64,000 bases of DNA from the NCBI RefSeq assembly GCF_009914755.1, contig NC_060926.1; one strand, written 5' to 3'. Position 1 is the first letter of the stretch, and the number at the start of each line of letters is the position of its first letter. The translations under genes and the position numbers were made by a program. The notes below the pieces were generated by a model, which did not search any database, was not told the origin of the DNA, and saw only the letters and a program-made list of their open reading frames with translations. Below, piece by piece: positions 41,850 through 55,959 of this stretch. This stretch comes from the human T2T-CHM13v2.0 reference genome, Homo sapiens.

Positions 41850-44800
41850 GGGAGGGAATTCTTAACAGGGACCACGGCTCCTACCCCTTCGCCACATCTC
41901 CGTTGGCCCCTGTGCTTCTTGGCCCCCCTACTTCTGTGGAACCTTTGGTGACAATGCTTCCTCTTAGTATAGAGACTATCTACTTTCTGTTCCCTGTAAT
42001 GGGAATGCTGTTCCCTCCAGTCCCCAGCTGGTGAACTCATTCTCTGACATGCCTAACAAGTTCAAGTTCCCTCTTAATGGGCTCTCATAGCATGGTATTC
42101 TGTTCCTTAATGAATGCACTTGCAGTTCACAGGATGACAATTAGATCAGCATCTGTACCCCCTCCCCATTCCTCATCTGTAAACTCCGTTATATTCCCAG
42201 TATCTAGAACTGTGCCCAATCAATATCTATTGAATGAATGAGCAATATAATTTCTATTTCAAATATGAAGAAACAAGAATGAGGAAGGTCACATAACTTA
42301 CCTGATATCACATATTAAGTAAATGTGAAAGTCTGAACTTGAACCCAGAGTATCTGATTCCAAAGCCCCTATTCTCATGCTTTCTTACAGGGATAGGACC
42401 GTGCATGTAGAAAGAGCCAGGGTCCAAGCTTGCACCTTCAGGGTAACCTGAGCCAATTCCCTCATCTCAGCTGCCTGGGCAGCTGTCAGCCAAGCCTGGG
42501 GACACAGGGTTGGAGGAAGCATCCCTCCTGCAGAATTCTCCACACTACTGTGTAAAGGCTGGCTGCTGTCCACAATTGCTCATCATCCAGGGACTACAGG
42601 AGAATAGGGATGAATCTCTTTGTTTCCACAGACGTCTGTGACCTTTCATTTTCATCATCTAAAAAAAATCTCGACCATGTAGGAGACCATTAAAGGACTT
42701 CACTTGCTTCAAGGGATCAACAGCTCATGAAATGGCATGTCTTTGTTGGTGCAGAGAAAGGCTGCAGTCGTCCGATTTCTATTAAAAGTAAATAGTTAAG
42801 CTGCAGTCCTGAGGCAGCTGAGGAGGTGATTAGTGTGCTGACACAGTGATAGATGATAAACATAATAGAGCTTGACGGAAATTAATGATATTTTGAATCT
42901 TTAATAATGGTACGTAACTATCTAAAAGAGATATCTCCATCACAATGTAATTCTTTTAAAAGCCAGGGGAGCTTTGATGACAACTGAGTAAAAACTTTGT
43001 ATATGGACAAGATTAGAGGGAAACACGGTAAACGGAAATAATTAGATTTCCAGAGTGTCAGAGTGGTAGGACTGTGAGTGAGTCTTTTATTTTAATTTCC
43101 TTTAATATTATCACGATGGGCTTATGAACAATTGATTCTTTTAAATATAAAAAACCGAGTGGAAAGCTGTCCTCTTCAAAATACGTGTCTGTTTTTTGAT
43201 GAGAATACAAAGATTGAGTTAATGCATGCCCTTTTCCCTCCTTCCAGCAACCCGAACATTCTCTGTTCCATCCTGCAAATGAAAGTTACATGCAGGGCCA
43301 TTGTCTGTGAGTTCTTGTCCATTAAGAGTTTGGGAAAATGCACACTTGCCCCAAGAGAAAAGGTCAGAAGCCGGCCAAAGGAATGCCTTCTGGGACAATG
43401 GGCCATTGTGACACCCGGGGCCTTGATTAATCACCTACATCTTCGGCGAAACTATTCTAAGTGGCATTGCAAGAGACACCCCGAGTTAGAGGCTGCATGA
43501 GAAGAGGAAGGGAGGCATGCTCAGGGCGAATTTGGGCGTCCCTCCTACATAACAGGATCCATGATCTGGAATGCCACCCTGACTGGGCAGCAACCTTTAA
43601 TTAAGTTCCCATTTCCTCACATCCTGGTTTGTTTCACTGCTAATCAGATGGAAATATTATTTGAGATCATAAATAATAATCCTGTGAAAACATATATGGC
43701 AGTTAGAGGCATTATAAGCCATCACTGATTTTCATAGCAAAGCCTGTTCCCAACAGCCACATGCTGAATCTGTGGGCTCTAAAAGTGGCCCATGGCATCT
43801 GTGGAAGCTCATAGGGTTGGCAATTCCAGAATCACGTCTAAGGACCTTCCCTGCACTAAGTTTGCAAATTAGTCACAACCTGGTTTACGCTGGTGCAGTT
43901 ATCTGAGTAAGCCGATAATGCTTTGCATACATTTCATTTCCTTCCACTAAGGAGCTGAGAGCGGTTTCTCATGATAAGAAACTTGGCAGTAAAAGAGTCC
44001 ACTAGACCTCACATTCCCTGAATATCTCAAAAGTTGGCTTTGCTTTCCTAACAAGAGCAAGCCATTTCTTCAATTTACACAATCTCTTCAGAATCCTTCT
44101 GGAAAAATGACCAGGTTTTACCCACGATGTCAAACCAGCAAGAAGGCGAAAGACAACCCGTGCTCAAGCTGCCTGATGAACGCGCTGGGCTTTGTCTGGC
44201 CTAACCTGTGAACTCCTTCAAGCACCGTCATGAACGCCACCCTCTGCATGGCGACAGACTGTCATTCTTCCCGCAAACAAATTTGCTTCCTGAGCAATGA
44301 TTTTTGGTTTAAAGAACTGTTGACAGTGGTTGTTTGACAGAGACAGAAGGCAGAGACAGAAATGGGAGCAGTTTTGGAAAAGCAGGACCAAAAGAATCAT
44401 GAGTCTGAGGAGGGTCCCTCGCCTGCCAGCCCTTTCCAAGATCAGCGGGCCGTTTTCTGTAATTGAAAAGGGAGTTCTGGGGACAGGTAGGACCTGATGT
44501 GATGAGTTCCATTAAGCGGGAAGCGAGTATATCTTAATCAGAGACTATAGCCTAAGGACAAAAAGATAGAGAGCCTGGAGGTTAGCTGAAAAGAGAAAGA
44601 AGAGCAGAAGCTTGGGAAAGACACTGGAGAAGTTTGGGAGCCTCCTCGGCCTCGGTTGCTGGGTCCTGCTGCAGGAACACACGCAGAGGCACAGCACCCT
44701 GACTTCTGTTCAGTGCAGCAGCTTCTCTGCCTTCCTCCTTACCTCCCTCAGCTCCTATTCATGCAAACCTTTGTCCAGGAAAACTGGGGGGCATTGAAGT

Positions 44801-45197
44801 GACAAACGCAGGGCAGGACATTGTTCCAATTCCGGTTTCAGTACCAGATACCTGTATGACCTCAGCATGCTGGGCTTCGGCGTCTGCACTGAACAATTAC
44901 AACACTGGACCAAGTGACCGCTCCATCTCTGTCCAGCAGGTCTGCTCTATGATAAGGCACGATTTGCTTTCCGGTATCAGCAGCTCAACAGCCCCTGTTC
45001 TGAGTGTCACAACAGTCTCCAAGATGGGTGTCCTGGTGATTTGCTGTTTTATAAAGCACACAGCTGTTATCCATCAATTCAGCCAGAGGATCTTTCTTTG
45101 CAGGCTCTGCTGACTGTTACAAAGGAAATAAGTAGTAGCACAAAGGAAACAAGACATAGTTATTCTCAAAGGGCTGAGAATCTGGTTGGAGAAATCA

Positions 45198-46372
<1,175 letters not shown>

Positions 46373-46478
46373 AAAAAGATGGAATGCTTCATGAATTTGT
46401 ATGTTATCCTGTGCAGGGGCCGTGCTCATCTTCTCTGCATTGTTCCAATTTTAGTGTATGTACTGCTCAAGTATACAC
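46373..46478 (-). pseudogene. Full-length U6 snRNA retropseudogene
   Basis: Reverse complement aligns end to end to U6 (GTGCTCGCTTCGGCAGCAC...GCGTTCCATATTTT) with about 20 differences by hand count, many at CpGs; ACAGAGA box reads GCAGAGA. Confidence 0.95.
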
Positions 46479-48757
46479 CAGGACCCTTGGGTTCTATGTG
46501 AATTAACTCTTTTGCCTGTTAAGTCTCGATATTCTTGCCTACTAAATGGGGTGTCAGACTACATGATCTCCAAGATCCCTTTATGGAGTACATAATAATT
46601 AACTTAGGGAGGTGCAGAAAAAGTGTGTGCACAGGTGGTTGGGCCATTCAGTGTGTGACAGAGGCTGGGCTCTGCAGTGTGGGTCATAGTCAGAGATGTT
46701 CACAGGGCAGGGCCCCGGAGGCCACTGGAGGCCATTGCCAGCACAGAACATGGAAAGCCCAGATGCCCGAGGTCGCCAGGAACAGGACGTGTCTACCAGA
46801 GAGGCTGGAAGGTGGGAGAGAGAGCACTTGGCTGGAGTCACCTGTGCCTTCCCAGGGAGGACTCTAGTGTTTCCACTTTGTCCCACTGACACTGGGGAGA
46901 CTGGAAGGATTCCAAGCATGGGATACGGGATGAAAGTGGCACTGCCAAGGGGGTCTGACTGCTCCTAATGAGAATGGCCCTCACATGGGGTCTCCTGGTG
47001 CCACTGGCATTGCAGTGTCTCCAGGGGTTTTCCCATACTGGAAGGAACTAACAGGTAAAGAAGATTGAGGCAAAAGGTGAGAACCTCAAGGAACCTGAAG
47101 CTATTTGATTTTCTACCAGGGGGATTTCTACCCTAACTTGCCATCTCCAGCAGTATAGAGGTTTTGAGCTGTTCTTGATGCCTTGGAGTGATGTAACAGA
47201 CTGGGGCACCTGGAAAAATCAAGTCAGCTTCTTTGAGAAACCTCTACAGGAAAATCAAACAACACTCATTCCCAAAACAACCACCACAAACCAGAACACC
47301 ATCCTTTTTGGCCACAGAGGACAAGAAGGAGGGGGTTTTCTTGTAGTCAGATCCTTGATTTATCAACTGCCTGAATTGAAGTCATTCTCAGAAATAAAGG
47401 TGCAAACTAAATTGCAAAGGGGAGGCAAGTCTTTAACCCCAAGCATTGTTTTGGGGAAGACGGATCTCTTTGCCTAACTGAAGGGTAATAAACATTTCTT
47501 CCACAGCTGTTGAAACGTTTATACCTTTCACCATTGAGACAAGAAGACTCTGACAAAGAAAGCAATCAAAATGTTAACAGAAGGACTGGATAATGTTATA
47601 TTGACTTCTTTGGAATTACTGACCTTCCATGGAAAGAGAATGGCATCTTCTAAAAATTAAACATTATTCTAAGTCTAGGACACACTTCTTTCAAGCAGCC
47701 TAGGTAAGACGATTTAGGAAGTTAGAAATGCAAACATTAGCTCAATAGATACAAAATAATTTAGTCTTATCCTTTCAATTTTTCCGATAAGTGAAGTTAA
47801 GGTGAAATGTCTAACTAATTCTCACAAGAAAGCAGGAATGCAGGGGGAGAATTCCATGAAGGAAGCCTTTGATCATTGCACCGCAGGACAGACGGGCATT
47901 CCCTCTGCGCTGACCGGCGGGAGTTAGAGTCCCCACATTGTGCGGTGGCAGCCTCTGCTTACTCATCAGAAGCTGCCTGGCTTTCCAAGCTTACTCCAGA
48001 AACTTGTAGAAATTTGAGAAAATGCAACCATCTCTGCTAGCAAACTAGTCCCTGGGACCCCCTGAGTCTCTGGCATTTCAATCACCTCCCACCTTCTGCT
48101 AGCATCTCTTCTGAGTTCCTCTCACTAAGGCCCTGCCACGGAAGGCTGCTCTACACCCAGTGCTGGTCCCTAATGCTCGCTCAGCTTCGGCCACAGCCCA
48201 AGTCACCACTGGCCAGGCCTTAGGAGTAGGATGCCATGAGTCCAGCAGGCAGATTTAGCAGCAGAGCTTCGGGGCACCTGCCTTGTGCCGAGCCGCAAGG
48301 TCCACGGAGCTGAGCCTTGTCCTCTTGTTGTCACTTCTAGTCCCTAATAGGGGCTCAGCAAACATTTTTTGAATGTGTCACCAGAAGAAAGCCTGAATGC
48401 ATGCATTAGAGTTGGAAGTGAGAGAGAGGGAGGGGGAATCATGGCTACGTAAGGATGATTTAGAAGAAGTGCCTGCCTTCAAGGAGCTTATAATCTGGTG
48501 GTAAGAATAAGAAAAAATTATAATATAAGGTAGTATAGTAAATTAACTGCCTACATTATAGAAACAATGATAGGGATGATCTCATTACCCTTTAGCTCAT
48601 ATATTGCTTTAATTCTAAATCTTGGGATATGGTTGTAAGATGGTATTTGAACCAAATCTTGCACTAGGGAAAGGAATTCTCACAAGCTGGCGTGTGCTGC
48701 CTTCCTTTAGCCCTAGCCTGTGGCAGACATCACTAATTGATTTCTCCATAATTGATT

Positions 48758-49489
48758 ACTGCAAGGCAGGGAAGGAGATACCATGTCTGAAAGTGCCTGT
48801 TCAATGTCTGATGGAAAGCAGGTGACTAATTCAAGTTCTTTTTATTTTTCCTCTTCTTCCTTTCCCAGAAAACCAAATAAGGGTCCCAGTGACATTTTGC
48901 CATGGATGTTTCCACTGTTGGAATTGCTGTCAATGTTACTTGTTTAGTGGATGAAAACCCAGTTCTAAATGGCATCACTAATTGATCATGGCTTGCTTTC
49001 CAACTGAGCTTTACAATTCTTCTCAACACGGGGCCCTGAACTTACATCTTCAGGCCTATGAGGTGCAAATGTGCTATTGATTGTCCCACCCTGTTCTAGA
49101 TTATGAGCAGCCATTCTAAGACCTGGGGTTCAGAAAAAAGAGGGATTCCAGAGGAATGCACAATCACTGGTAACTCAGGGGCTTTGATGCAGTCCCAGGC
49201 ATAGAAAGTTCCTCCTCCTCAGGGTTTGACCATCACATGTCTGCCCGCACCCAGAGCCATCTTCCTCCATCCCTCCTACAGGTCAGGAAGAAAACTGGGT
49301 CCTCACCCACTAAACACGTATCGTTGACAGTAATTCCAACAGTGGGAACATCCGTGGCAAAATGTCACTGGGACACTTATTTGGTTTTCTGGGAAGGGAA
49401 GAAGAGGAAAAACAAAAAGAACTTGAATTAGTCATTAGCTTTGCATCAGGCATTGAACAGGCATGGTATCTCCTTCCATCCCTTGCAGT
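48758..49489. repeat. Long inverted repeat: arms 48758-48964 and 49293-49489, spacer ~328 bp
   Basis: Hand alignment of the left arm with the reverse complement of the right arm gives about 19 mismatches in 197 nt plus one 10 nt indel. Confidence 0.96.
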
Positions 49490-50458
49490 TCTGAAAGGAT
49501 GATTATATGTATTCTATCGTATCATTATAGATCATGGTTTTTTAGCCACTGGTGTCATTGACAATGCCAGTAACTAAGCCAACCTGTTTGACCAACAACA
49601 AATTTGGATGTTTCTGACTTTTTTTTTTAATAGACTTTTGCTGCTACTGTTAACTGCTCAAGGTATTCTAATAGGCACTTAGACCATACCTATGATTAGG
49701 AGCTCTTTGCAATTTGCTATTGAGCCCCTAAACAGCAGGCAGACATCAAACGGTCTCTAACATGATTTGAATACCACTGGATTCTTTTGTCCTCTTCTGA
49801 TTCCCTACCATAATCCTGTACACTCAACCAATAACAATCTTTTGAAGTTTATAACTTTCTTAACTTCAAAGTTTTCTCGATGCCTAAGTAACAGGAGGTT
49901 TTCAAGGTGGAAATGCTAAATGAGTATACCATGCACAGTATAAATAACACACATCCAAGGGCATCCAAGACTTCAAAACCATTTGTATTAAGCTAGACAG
50001 CAGCTGTGAGAATCTACCCTTGTATGATGTCCTATTATAAATATCAGATTAGAGGAAACTTGGGGAGTGAGGCCTTGTTCATTCATATTGGGTTTTATTA
50101 ATTTCCCCGCCCCCCCCACAAGTACATTCAACATGAGAGCATCTTAACATACCCCAGGGGCATTCCTGTGCATTCATGCAACTGTTCTCATCAAAGGAAA
50201 AAAAATACATCACCCCATTATTTTATGTGGCTTCCAAGAGAGTTTCAACCCTTAAAAATTTATAAGTCCTTTTCATTAGGCCACTATTGTTTGATAGAAT
50301 CTTAACCTCCTTCTGACACCTTGCTTCCCTAAGTAAAAATGTAATAACAACACTTACAACAATAACAACAACACAATGACAATAATAGTAATGGCAAACA
50401 CCAGGTGGTCTGCACTTTCTATAGGCTGTGTGCCTCATCTGCATTCTGTCAATGAATC

Positions 50459-50883
50459 TTTTTTTTTTTTTTTGACAGTCTTGCTCTGTCACCCAGGCTG
50501 GAGAGCAGTGGTGCAATCTCTGCTCACTGAAACCTCCACCTCCCAAGTTCAAGCGATTCTTATGCTTCAGCCTCCAGAGTAGCTGGGTTACAGGCACGTT
50601 CCACCAAGCCTGGCGAATCTTTGTATATTAGTAGAGATGAGATTTCACCCGTGTTGACCAGGCTGGTTTCAAACCCCTGGACTCAAGTGATCCACCTGCC
50701 ATGGCCTCCCAAAGTACTGGGATTACAGGCATGAGCCACCAAGCCTGGCTGATTTTTGAATATTAGTAGAGATGAGATTTCACCACGTTGACCAGGCTGG
50801 TCTCAAACCCCTGGCTTCAAGTGATCCACCCGCCTTGACCTCCCAAAGTGCTGGGATTACAGGCATGAGCCACGATGCCTGGC
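50459..50883 (-). mobile_element. Trimeric Alu (left monomer tandemly duplicated) inserted in a MIR
   Basis: Period ~135 bp (ccaccaagcctggc at 50601 and 50736); one TSD attctgtcaat(g/t)aatctt at 50443-50460 / 50885-50902. Confidence 0.95.
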
Positions 50884-51788
50884 AATTCTGTCAATTAATC
50901 TTTATCAGAGTCCCATTTTAAAGATGTGCAAACTGAGGCTGGGAGAGGTTTAGGCAACTGGCCTAAAATAATGATAAGTAACACATGGATCCAGGACTTG
51001 ACTACAACAAAGCCAATATTTTTCTTCTTCTCTTTAAATTGTCTCCCTTTCTTGTTTTTCTATAACCCAGATAAAACATTCCTCAATTGATTGATCCTAG
51101 ATAATTATATATGCATATGTTTTACTTCTCCAGTGTTTTAATGTCTAAGATCGTCTACAACTTCTATACATCAGTAATTACTGTATTTCATGAAATGGGA
51201 AGTAGCAATTTTTTCGTTTGGCAGCTTGTAAACTCAGTCAGACAGAATCAAATCACTTCCCTGAAGCTCACCACAGGAAGGTAGCCTCATTACCTAAAAA
51301 ACAGAACAAAAAAGAAAAAGAAAAAGAAAAAAAGGCTCCCTTCTTCATGAGCCTTCCACGAATGCATTCTGCATCTTTATTGCTGCTTTCATTGCTTGGC
51401 TCTCGTTAGACTTTTCCCCCAGATGTTCTTAATTTGGGGGTTATTTTCCATTGCATGTGGGCCCTTCAGTACTGTAAATATTTGACTTCAATATTTTCCA
51501 TAGCTTGAAGAACTTTACAGTGGTCACTTCAGACATGGTTACAGAATGTTCTCTGATCCTTTCAGGCTGCTCTGTAAATTAGAAACTTGGTAGTTGATAT
51601 CTTGTGGGCTCCACACACCATTTTTTTTTTCTCAGACTTTGATGTCTAAAAGTGCATTGTGTTATTTAGGCCTTAGGCACGTATAGAGATATCCCTGAAG
51701 CATAGATCAGGGTGGCTCATATGAATGAATTTTTTCCAATTAATTTATCCTCTATGGTGGGATCTCACATTAAAAATCATATTGTAGG

Positions 51789-52094
51789 TTTTTTTCTTTT
51801 TCTTTTTTTTTTTTTTTTTTGAGATGGAGTCTCACTCTGTCGCCCAGGCTGGAGAGCAGTGGCGTGATCTCGGCTCACTGCAACCTCCACCTCCCGGGTT
51901 CAAGTAATTCTCTGCCTCAGCCTCCCGAGTAGCTGGGATTACAGGTGCCCACTACCATGCCCGGCTAATTTTTGTATTTTTTAGTAGAGACGAGGTTTCA
52001 CCATCTTGGCCAGGCTGGTCTTGAACTCCTGACCTTGTGATCCACCCACCTCTCAAAGTGCTGGGATTATAGGCGTGAGCCACTGCATCCAGCC
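51789..52094 (-). mobile_element. Alu
   Basis: Antisense dimer; TSD atatt(g/t)tag.tttt. Confidence 0.97.
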
Positions 52095-53165
52095 ATATTT
52101 TAGATTTTTAAAAGATCTCTGCCAGTGGTCTTCAGTGGTACCATCTTCATTCAGCCTTGAGTACGAATCTTTATTATATGAAATGCCCTAAACCCATTCC
52201 CTCCCAATCCTAGACTGTACTTGCCCTTTGCTCACCATTTCTTCCACCTCATCCTTCTCCATTGTCCTCCCCAACCAGAGGCTTTCCCTATGATGCCTTC
52301 CTTCCCAACCAACTTTCCCTTGGGTCATTTTAAATTAATATGTACTAATAACCCCGTTAATATTAATACATCATGTTAATCAGCAATAAATCAATTTTGT
52401 ATCATCTAAGGACATATTCGCATAACTAATCTGACTATTAAAAAATTACATTTATTTGAAGTTGCACAGATTTTTCACATGTATTTTGCACTGATTTACG
52501 AATTGAGAGCTATGAGGGATAACAAAAAATATCTTTCCATATTCATTCTCAGAAAGCAACTGTTTCATTTTGGTATTACATATCATATTGCAAGCAAATA
52601 ACATTCTTTATCACGTGAAAAAAAGGAATGCTATAAATTAAATCATCAGTGGACTTGAAAAAAGGTGCTATTGAGGCATGTGGTCTAGCTTGCCAGTATA
52701 AGAATTTTGCTGGTAATGTGCTGTCTCACTTTTTTTTTTTTGCAAGATGTTGATAAATAACACATTTATAAATGGCTTGCATAATGGATTTTTAACAACT
52801 TCCTTGGGAAATAATTTTATGTTCCCATAAGATTTTCCTGCTATGAAGCTTTTCCTGCCACTTGTTCTAAATTTCCTTTTGACATATTTGATGGTTCAAT
52901 AAGGTGTTGGTTTCATTGAGTGCTATATATCACCAGCGTGGAGCTGGCGTAAAGGGTCATGGCTCTTTACAACAGGAAAGGACCGAGAAATACGAAATTA
53001 TATGAACCACGTGGTCACTAACTTCTCTATTCAAGTTTCAAATTGACTATAAAATATTCTCAACACTTTTAAATTGAAAAGATTCAGTTTGTATGACAGT
53101 ATATTGAGTATGAATTTGGGGGGTTGACTATCTTTGTTTTATGTTTGTTAGAAATGCTTATGTTA

Positions 53166-53450
<285 letters not shown>

Positions 53451-53451
53451 T

Positions 53452-53528
53452 AAAAGAAAAAGAAGAAAAAAAAGAAAGAAAGGAAGGAAGGAAGGGAGGG
53501 AGGGAGGGAGGGAGGGAGGGAGGGAAGG

Positions 53529-53579
<51 letters not shown>

Positions 53580-53702
53580 GAAAGAAAGAAAGAAGGAAGG
53601 AAGGAAGGGGAAAGAAAGAGAGAAAGAAAGAAAGAAGGAAGGAAAAAGAAAGAAAGAAGGAAGGAAGGAAGGAAAGAAAGAGAGAAAGAAAGAAAGAAAG
53701 GC
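53452..53702 (+). repeat. Compound (GAAA)n/(GGAA)n/(GGGA)n polypurine microsatellite
   Basis: About 250 nt containing only A and G. Confidence 0.97.
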
Positions 53703-54849
53703 TCATGTTATCATGTTAGCTGTTTATCACTGGGCCCTCTGGACTATCTTCCCACTTGAGGTGACACAGTTGAAGAGAGCTGTCCACCTAGAGCTGGAGA
53801 AGCCACCTTTGACAGCCCATCTGCGGCACTTCCTACCTTCTCCCGATCTGCCCGCTAGTGCTCATGGTAATAGTAGTACCTCTGCCACCCTCTGCTGCCA
53901 CCGTCAACTAGTCGCATCTCAGTGGCTGCTGGCAACCTTGGGTTCTCATCTTTCTCTCCATCCGGTCAGATAATGCTTTCATCGTTACATGTTTTCGTTT
54001 GATTTCTTTCCTCCATTGGATCTCCTCTGGGAGAAGGGGTTGGGAGTTGGGGACCTTACCAAAATAACTCTTTCAGTTTTGCACTTTCAGGACATGAAGT
54101 TGTTTCCTCAAGGAAAATGAAAACTGGGTCAGAAAAGGTTCCAGTGTACCCCCACACTATACCTGAAATGTCCCTGCTTCCTCACACCTCCCCCCACCAG
54201 CCTTCTTACTCATGTGATTTTTCTCTCAGGAATCACTCTATCCTTCGGCAGTTTGTCTTCTATCCCCTTCCCACCAACTCTTCCAGGTCAGACACATCTC
54301 TACATCTCTGTGGCCAAGCTTCAGCACTTCCTATTGAGCTCCTGAGCCTCCTTTAAATTAAAAAAAAAAAAAATGGCTGTGCATCCGCTTCAATGTCCCC
54401 AAATACCCACAAGCACATGGATGGATTTGCCAGCTCAACACCCAGAAAGGGTTCTAGAAAGTGTGGAATCACCTAACTCCATGCAGGGTCCAGACAAGGC
54501 TGCTGTTCTAAACCCAGTCATACAGTTTGATTAAAATCTTTGAAGAATATAATTCAAATGGACAAATATCGAAACGTGAACTGTGATTTCTGGGTAGTGT
54601 GGGTGATATTCACTCTTTTTCTTTTTACTTAGCAGTATTGCTTGATGTTCCTATAATATCATATTAGCATTTTGCAATAAGTTATTCATTGTAATTGAGA
54701 TATGGGGGACTGACACAGGCAGTGGCAGTGAGAATGGAGAGAGAAAGAAAAAGATATGAGAGTATCTAGAGAGTCCTAGACCTGGTGACCAAGAGAGTGA
54801 CCAGGAGCTAGGAAAACACCAACCAAAACAACCACTAGACAGCATATAA

Positions 54850-55830
54850 ATATTGGAATTACAGAAGGGACATGTGGCAGATGCCAGGGTCTCCTTGACA
54901 TCCTTTCTTCCTCTCCCATTGTTCAGTAACTGAGTTCTTTGGGGCAATGGACTCCATGCCAGTTCTACAGGTCCCCACCCCACCACAGGTCTCTGTCAAG
55001 GAGCCAGACACCATCCACCTGATGTGGTTCAAACAGCACAGTTCTGAGCCATTCAGCAAATGATATTCCCCTGGCCACACTGCTCACTTCAAGGGTGATC
55101 CAACCAGCATAAAGCTCTAGATTTGAGCTTGAGAGTTGTGGGAAGACCTCCTCCCGGCTATTGTGTGTATTTAAAGAAGCCCAGGCTGCAACAGCAGCCA
55201 TCCTAGGTCCAAGAAGGCAGCCAGCCTTGGAATGAAACCAACACAATAGAAGGCCAAGCAGCCAGACAGGAACAAATTGGATCCCTGATGGCAGCATGGA
55301 GCCACTGGATTTGCTGACCCAAAGTCTATCCTGCCACTGGGCTTTCCAGTTTAATGAGCCAATTAATTGCCTGATAATTTAAAGTGTCCTGGCTAATTCA
55401 GAGCTGGCTGGGAATGGGGTGGAAGATGAGAAAGACAGCTGCTAAATCCCTGCAAGATGTTCAGGACCCATGTCCAGGAGGCAGTTAAAAAGTGGAACTT
55501 GGACCTTGAACTCAGGATAGAGACTTAGACTCAGGAATGAACCTGGGGGTTACTAAAATATGTATCAGTCAGCTACTGCTGCATAACAAACTACCTCCCC
55601 AAACTCAGAAGCATGTGAGATGGTCAGCTGTGGGGGCTCTGCTCATTGCTGCTAAGCTTGGCTGGACTCAGGCTCCACATGTTTGTTAAGACTCCCAAAG
55701 CAAATCACATAGTTGAGTCCATCTTCAGTTGGCTGGAGAATGTATATTCTGCTTCTGCTTCAAAGTTGTATTGAAAAGGGTGTGGTTTCAGGAAGAAATA
55801 AAAGCTATGGGACAATATTGCTCTCCATCA
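54850..55830. mobile_element. Old MaLR/ERVL LTR relics (MLT1-like)
   Basis: ggagccactggat...gggctttccagtttaatgagccaattaatt and tgtatcagtcagctactgctgcataacaaactacc...caaactcag. Confidence 0.55.
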
Positions 55831-55959
55831 CATGGTGTCATTCCAGGTGAAGCCCAGGGCATGGATAAAATACCCTAAAGAAAATATCAATGAGATAAGG
55901 GGACACCAAAGTCTATGGAGCAGAAGATGGGCATATGAAAAAGGTTTTAAAAAGAATCT

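Noticed and set aside
46373-46478. Functional U6 snRNA gene
   Set aside because: About 20 differences including the ACAGAGA box, fusion to L1, and no recognisable upstream PSE/TATA promoter.
48826-49431. Two similar ORFs on opposite strands (AKCHWD...KRKNKKNLN) as paralogous genes
   Set aside because: A direct consequence of the inverted repeat; short, with unrelated N-termini and no coding evidence.
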